Assembly (NCBI RefSeq): GCF_037042905.1
Contig: NC_087251.1
Span: 35,404,001 to 35,464,000 of the forward strand
Length of the DNA stretch: 60,000 nucleotides
Direction: 5' to 3'
Origin: Lytechinus pictus
Lineage: Eukaryota
Both the position numbers and the translations under genes were made by a program. Below are positions 53,341-60,000 of this stretch, piece after piece. Under the pieces are notes generated by a model, which was not told the DNA's origin, searched no databases, and saw nothing but the letters and a program-made list of their open reading frames with translations. Numbering within the stretch: position 1 is the first letter of the stretch; the number at the start of each line of letters is the position of its first letter.

Positions 53341-54324
53341 CAGTGCGTATCAAAAAAAAGCTTACACTTTGAAAAAAGCCCTGGGAATTAAAAAATATAC
53401 ATGTGGATAATTTTTTCACATATAATCTTGGGTTTGGGTCTCATCTATCCAATGAAAGTAAAAGTTTTGACAGAATGTTACACTTGAGTGAGCACTGTCC
53501 ATTTTTGTAAAGCTCGCAGAAATCTGTTTGCGCAGAAATGCTCGTTTGTACGCTGTGTCAAGGGGAAAGGGCGAAATCAAACTTACCCTGCGAAACATTT
53601 CTCAAACATTTCCCTTGCACTTTTAGTCAATTGAAATAAAACGGATACATTCAAGCATTTTCTAACAATTTTGCCATCCAAATTGAAATTTCAACACTTG
53701 GTAAACACAACCTTTACCCTTTTTGTGCCAGCTGGATCTGAGGACATAACTGAATCTGAACAAAAGTAAATATCAGACATCTCTAGCATTTTGTCACTAA
53801 GTTTTTATCATTTAAAGTGGGTTTACATTTCATTTTTCATTTAATACTTGTTTCTCCACACTTTTCCCAAGCTTGACAATGATTAACAAAATGAAAATCA
53901 AGTCTAAGCCATTTTATGTAAATCACAGCTCAGTGTAAAGCAAATATCGTCACGATGGCTTCGGTGTGTGGGGAATGGGGTGGGGCGCAATGCACTCCTC
54001 GTGGTGGTTTGGGCAAGGAAACAAGTTATAAAAGGTAAAAGATATCTTCAAATCAATGTTACTAGCAAAATTCCACGTGTTATTCATGATTAAGGTCTAC
54101 TTTTATCCGCATACATATTTCAAAGTTCTGCGCAAATCATTTTTCACTAACTTTTCAAAAGTAAGTGGTGTTCACTCGAGCGGAAATATTTTTCGACAGT
54201 TATATCGTCATTTACTTAAATGGATCTGTACCAATGTTAAAATGTGGAAAAATCTTCAGGATATTACAAATGTATAATTTTACAGGATTTTGTCTAAGTG
54301 TAAACTTTTTTTTGATACGCACTG
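53341..54324. mobile_element. Tc1/mariner-like non-autonomous element
   Basis: TA|CAGTGCGTATCAAAAAAAAGCTTACACTT...AAGTGTAAACTTTTTTTTGATACGCACTG|TA. Confidence 0.9.
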
Positions 54325-54816
54325 TAGAAGTGCAACATCATTTCCTTATCATTTTTTTCTTGTTCTCTCTATATAGATACATAATCTTATTATTTGACTC
54401 AAACAAATATTAGCTTAGGTAAGCTGGTAGTCGATACTATATATTGGAGTTGAAAGAATCAGAAGATGTTGATTATACTGACTTAAAATTATGTGACATC
54501 ACCTGAGAGACAACTATTTTGACTCTCGTCGAGTTGATTCCGAGCTCCAGCGAAATTAAGAGTAAAAATATAGTCGTTAATAGATCGATAGACAGATGGG
54601 AAAGTAGCAGTCTATTTAACACTATACTGTATCTTCTTGACTTGTATTTCGATATGACAACTTTCTTTTTGATACAGTTCCACCAACGAAACCGATTCCA
54701 GACCGACAGATGCTTATTTTTCCATTCGAAATTACGTCAGTCTAGATTCGATTTAGTTGGTCTGACTGTGGCATAAGGGTTGGAGAGGGAGCAGCCCCTA
54801 GAAACCCTAAACTTAC

Positions 54817-54940
54817 CTGGTTTTAAAAGGTTATCTGCGGAAGCTGAACGGTTTCTTTGACCTTCTGAGGACGGGGAGATGGGAGACTGGGGACCTGACG
54901 TAGCAACCAGCTTAGGGCGTGTTGGTACACTTACAGCTCT
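54817..54940 (-). CDS. Synaptotagmin-like, Ser/Pro-rich linker exon
   Basis: tttcaag|RAVSVPTRPKLVATSGPQSPISPSSEGQRNRSASADNLLKP G|gtaagt; phase 0/1. Confidence 0.75.
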
Positions 54941-56119
54941 CTTGAAAAAAATAAACATGACATAGAAAAAAAAGTGATTTCGCAATAAGTCAGTTTTGTA
55001 AAATGGTTCCTTTGCACACTTTAAGATTTAAAATTGAATATTCCGAAGGGGCCTCGTCCAGATGCATGTATTACAGCAAGTCATTAAAATATTCAATGGT
55101 TTAATTCAATGTAACAATGTAGGCCCAACATAAAACAAGAACACCCTCAAACATATTAGTCACTCAAGTTTCTCTCTACCACATACACACCACCCTTCAT
55201 ACTCGCACGCGCGCACACCCCCTTCCACAATCTCTCACACCCATCCTTCAAACGCTTTTCATAAACTTATTTATTTATTATGTAGGTCTATTGTCATTAT
55301 ATCTTATTTGGCATTTACAAGTGAAATGAATAATCGAATGTTGACTTCTCCCATCTTATTGCTGTCTCCTTCTTTTCTCCCTCCCTCTCTCCCACCCCTG
55401 TCTCTCTTTCTTTTTTTTTTTCCTTGTTTTTGCTTTACTTATCATGTAAGAAAATCAATGGATGTAGCAAAATACATGCTCCAAGCAGTGACTGACATGA
55501 ATTTAACTGTAAGTTCAAACAATTCGAATTATAAGTATGGCAAGGTATCTAGATTCAACATCTTATCTGGCTTCAGGTGAATATAAAAAGAATTGTAAAT
55601 ATTTAGTCTACCCAATGAGCGATATTCAGCATACTATTTACTGTGTGTAAGTGTGACTAGACGCCCGGCGGAGGAAGATTCGTTGAAAAGATAAACCCAC
55701 GAGGGATCACCACGTACTCCACCTTAAATCTCAATCACATTACATTGTCTCCGATCCTTACTTCACTTAATTGCGCGGCTAATGCCACGGGAATTACAGC
55801 AAAAGGCTTTTAAAAGCGACGATTTCTGACGAGGCATTTTGATCTTTTATTTCGAGTTTCCCCGCTTCTCGTCTAAAGTATGGATTTATATTGTGGTCTT
55901 GTTGACTTCCGTATATAGAATGCAGCCGGGAATACTTTTCGTGTTGGGCAAAGAGAAATCCGAACTCCCAGTTCAATATACATGTAGAAGAAGCGTGTAT
56001 TGTGTCACATATATTTCATAACCGGGTAAATCGTTTGATTTTGCTTTATATCAACGGCTTCAAAATGTCATGTTATGACCGGAAGTCATAATTCCCGCCA
56101 TACAATTTTCCCCATTGTA

Positions 56120-56310
56120 CTCTTTACTTTCTCCACCCAACCCCGCTCTCTCCCCCTCTCCCTTTCTCTGTCTTTGCCTGCCACACGCACTTCCCTTTCT
56201 TTTTCTCTACCGTTTTTTTCTTTCTCTCTCTGTTTCCTTCCTCCCCCTCTTGCACGCATGCTCTCTCTCTTTCTCTCTCCCTCTCTGTCTCCCTCTCTCT
56301 CCTCTTCTCT
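56120..56310. repeat. CT-rich low-complexity tract
   Basis: (CT)n/(CCT)n runs. Confidence 0.8.
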
Positions 56311-57089
56311 CATTAATTTGCCCTACTTAAAAAAGGAAACGGACCTGTCCTTTCCACACAATGAATAAAATACATATCATTCAAATTGAAAAGATGATGA
56401 ACATTTGCCTCAAGCTAGATCGTGTAGATTATGTTTCGTTACTACTACATAATGAATTTTTGATATAAGTCAAATAACATTGTCGAAATAAACAACAAAA
56501 AATGAAGAAACAGGTCTACTGTATGAAACTAAGTGTGTCAAAATGACATGCTATCCCCACGGGCAAACGTGTGACATTTGGCAAATAGAATATCACTTGG
56601 TCATTGCTCCTTTCTCAGTGATTGCATGCATGTTAAATATCGTACTGCTTCCTTTGAAAGAAGGAAACTTCGATTTGTGTAATTAAGATATGTTCATTTT
56701 GTGAAAACAGGGGCATCTGTTTCGAAGGCATTCTGTCTATTACAAGGATGGTGGCATATTAGGTAATGCCACACAATTTACAAAACAGAATATATATATA
56801 TGTATAGTATAGAAGTATAGTATAGAAGTGTATATTTTTTGCAGTGATGTAAATGGATATCATCACTATTATAATTACCATATTATCATTATTATCATCA
56901 TCATCACTGTCGTCATCATAATTAAGATTATCATCACTATTATTAGCATTAACCCCCTTTTCTTTTTTTTGTCTCCACTTTTCCTTTTTCTTCACTACTT
57001 ATAAAGTCCTAGAGGGCGGTTCCCCCACCTCAACCACCAATCCCTCCTCCCTCCCCGTAGACCCGCCCCTGGATTTAACAGTATCTTAC

Positions 57090-57199
57090 CTTGGTCTTCC
57101 ATCTGAACGTCTTCTTAACATGTCCGTGCCCATTTGAAGCAGAAGAAGCGATGCCTTCTGGGATATCTTGCATTTCCGGTGCTGATATCTTCTTCGATA
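57090..57199 (-). CDS. Synaptotagmin-like tandem C2 protein, most 5' visible exon
   Basis: attgtag| ...SKKISAPEMQDIPEGIASSASNGHGHVKKTFRWKTK|gtaag; joins the next exon in phase 0; a second frame is also open. Confidence 0.55.
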
Positions 57200-58274
57200 C
57201 TACAATCATGAGAACACAAATAAGAACAATGATAATTATTTAAAATTATTAAAAATATTCAACATGGCGGACTGTGGCAATGCAATACATTTTTCGTCTC
57301 AAAAAGTGTGTTTCACATGAAATACGTACCAACGTAAACTGGGTATAAAGTCAATAAACAGATGTACATCTTCAGACAATGTCTCGCTATTTTAAATCTT
57401 TATCATGTTCCAGTCATCAAAATCCTCCCCAATATCCAAAGGTGCCATTGTGATTATTGATAAAAATTGCAACATTGTATTTTTTTATTTCCAGCCACAG
57501 AAAGAGAACACTAATCAAATGGACTACTAGGTTGAATTCCATGGTTATGGCAACAAGAGCGACGAGTTGGATGACGATGGCAGCAATTACGACCATCAGA
57601 GGAAACACGTGAACGAAATATGTCTCCGGCAATCACCGCCATGCATACGAGTGATTACCATGGTCATTACAACGAAAACGATGACGATGTCCAACAAATA
57701 CTTTCGATATGACGTCGAATGACCTTTTAGGTGAGATTCTAAGAGTTTCCGTTTGTCTGTGACTCGTAAACGATGTTATTTCTTTAACAATTGTCTTTAA
57801 GAATCAATTTTATTATTTCCCAAAACGAGACCGAAATATGACATATTGAACATTAATATATTGAACATTTTAGACTGCTTTGTTTTTGTTTTATTATTTT
57901 CTGTCATTCTTACCAAATATGACCTACATGTAAAAAAGAAACTTTAGTAATAAATCCCTTTTTCATAGTCTTAAGAAAATTCCTCCTTTTTCCGAGATCC
58001 ACAAGTCACATCCGACTTATTTTCATTTTATTTGATATACAAAACAGTTCATTATTTTCATTAGTAAGATTCTTTTTTTGTTTGAATTTGTAGCGAAAGG
58101 AGGACAGTGGTGTCGACTGTCAGGATGAATATCAACGTATGTAGTGTTGACAATGTAACAGAGCGATGGATCAGGTGACGGTGACTTTCTAGGTAGCTCA
58201 CCACAATGACGACCGGTGACTACCACTTCAATGGCGACCAAGGCAAGGCATCAGAGGAGGATGCAAACCATGAA

Positions 58275-59090
58275 TATTTACTGCTTCTCAACATTGAGCA
58301 TGTCAGATACGAGTACAGAACTTTTTTCTTGCTCTGCACGCCGACTCCCAAACAACCAAGTCCCTCAAGTTTATTCTTGAGAAGTAGGTGCTCCCCCTCT
58401 AGAAGACCTGCTAATCCATCCCTTGCCATATAGGGCCAAGTAGATTACCATTAAGAAGACAATCAAAGATCATGTTGAAGCACAGACGCTACAAGGAGTT
58501 ACCTCCAAGTTTTCTTTTGCCTGCTGGACCAAGAGACCCTCAACTCCATCCGAGCTCTACCCCCAAATACCTTCCATCTGCCTTCGACAAGCATTTATAG
58601 TTAAAGCTCAGCTCATCACACCTACGTTATCTAATGCCAGGCCCCTTGAAATTGGAAAGGGTACTAACCTAATATGTGCTTCATGCGACTTGAAAGAAGA
58701 CACTTTTGAACATTATCTTATCAAGAAACCCATGTAACGTCGATCTACGGAACAATCTCCTAAATAAGATCCAGAATATTCTGAAGCATTTCCCCCTATC
58801 TCAGCAGCCTCTTTCAATGAATGCAATTTATCGTCAGTTTACAGCATCCATCCTACCTCCACATGACTCTGCTCTTCCTCACCTTAAAAATGCACTTGTA
58901 TTGCAAGATACCCTACACTTAATTTTTACAATGCATGTCCTCATCCTGAGCATTAACTCTGATAATCCTCAGTTAGTGTTCATCAATTTCAACCGCTCTA
59001 AACCTGATATCTACCAGACTGAAATTTGGCAGCATTACCTGACGATCTCCAAACAAACAAACATACACCCTTCTCTAGGCCTATGACGTC
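58275..59090 (+). mobile_element. Degraded LINE ORF2 3' end with zinc knuckle
   Basis: Frameshifted ...PPLEDLLIHP...RQAFIVKAQL...ICASCDLKEDTFEHYL (CxxC...ExxEH motif of non-LTR ORF2). Confidence 0.65.
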
Positions 59091-59202
59091 GATCCAACGA
59101 GTTGAGAACTCTAGTAAGGAGCATGCATGGGCAGCAGGAGGTGAGAAGCTCTTCATGATATAACTGTAATATGAAATCTCATAAATGGAACACGACACTC
59201 TA

Positions 59203-59503
59203 CACTGTAAGACAATTTATCCTTAAAATAAAAGAAGTTCCTGCAGCAGAGTCTCGAGAACACCTGTAATCTTACCGAAATGCGTAATCTTACATTATAT
59301 CATGTAAAATTACAGGAAATTTGTATTTGGTGTAGGGAACCTTACAAATTTCCTTAATTAAAAAACCCTTTTCCCCTTTTTAATCAGACCTGTTCTATTA
59401 AATTGCAGAAAAATTCATGTTTTATGAAATTACAGAATGATTCTGTTATTGCTTTCTGCAAAATCTTCTTTTTTTCTGTAAAATCAGGCTTTTTTTAACA
59501 GTG
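59203..59503. mobile_element. TA-flanked MITE
   Basis: TA|CACTGTAA...TTAACAGTG|TA. Confidence 0.65.
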
Positions 59504-60000
59504 TATAAATATCTTAGTGTGTAAATATAACTTGAGTGTCGATGACATTTGAATGGTGGCATATAACCTAACCATGTTCTACAAAACTTGAAACCAAAAC
59601 TGACATCCATCTCATCCAGAAGAATGTGCTTGATGGAGGACCTAGGATATCACAAATGCTAGGATTTTTTTTCAAAAAAAGACCCTCGTTTAAAAATGAC
59701 TTTGCCGTCGAGAAAACTGACAATCACTGAAATAAAATTCATACCTGATTATGAGAGGCAAATGAGGCCAAGGTTTTTTTTTTGTATAATGAAAGCTTTA
59801 TAGTGGAACGTCAAGGAGCTTGCCCCTTCCCCCCGATCTGCCATCCGGACGCCGTAACATTCAGCTTAGCGATGAATAGCAAACACAAAAGACGACTTCT
59901 GCTTGGTTCCTGGGTCCCGTAACACAAAGGTTAACGATTAATCGTACGCTTGATTTTCACGATTGATTGTACATAACATTGTAGTCAATGGAATTAGTCG

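Noticed and set aside
56075..56368. Leu/Ser-rich and Arg/Glu-rich ORFs
   Set aside because: Translations of a CT microsatellite.
57200..57240. Transmembrane helix IIIIVLICVLMIVV in frame with the C2-gene exon
   Set aside because: Preceded by an in-frame TAA and coincides with the T-rich acceptor tract; most likely a translation artefact.
57417..57632. Hydrophobic - strand ORF as the synaptotagmin TM exon
   Set aside because: It is the antisense reading of a GAT/GAC-rich + strand segment, has no true ATG at the annotated start, and I found no convincing donor linking it to 57199.

Overview
AT-rich, intron-containing animal genomic DNA, probably an echinoderm/sea urchin (inferred from gene structure and repeat style, not proven). 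Two convergent genes are present. (1) A complete + strand glycine amidinotransferase (GATM/AGAT, first step of creatine synthesis) with 7 coding exons, join(14558..14623,15587..15865,17245..17440,18928..19118,24987..25124,26976..27204,27964..28190), 441 aa, with an intact Cys-His-Asp triad and an N-terminal mitochondrial presequence. (2) A - strand synaptotagmin-like tandem-C2 gene with 8 visible coding exons from 57199 to 35987; its 5' end is uncertain and its C2 domains have lost nearly all Ca2+-binding aspartates. The rest is dense with non-autonomous DNA transposons (hAT, PIF/Harbinger, Tc1/mariner, Kolobok, Helentron/DINE-like, foldbacks), often nested with readable target-site duplications (TSDs), plus LINE and SINE remnants and two satellite arrays. 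The best leads are transposon-borne composite nuclear-receptor elements in and upstream of GATM, a His-substituted C2B loop, a strikingly conserved GATM presequence preceded by a uORF, and a three-level transposon nest. I see no clear-cut new multi-gene system. All coordinates were read by hand.
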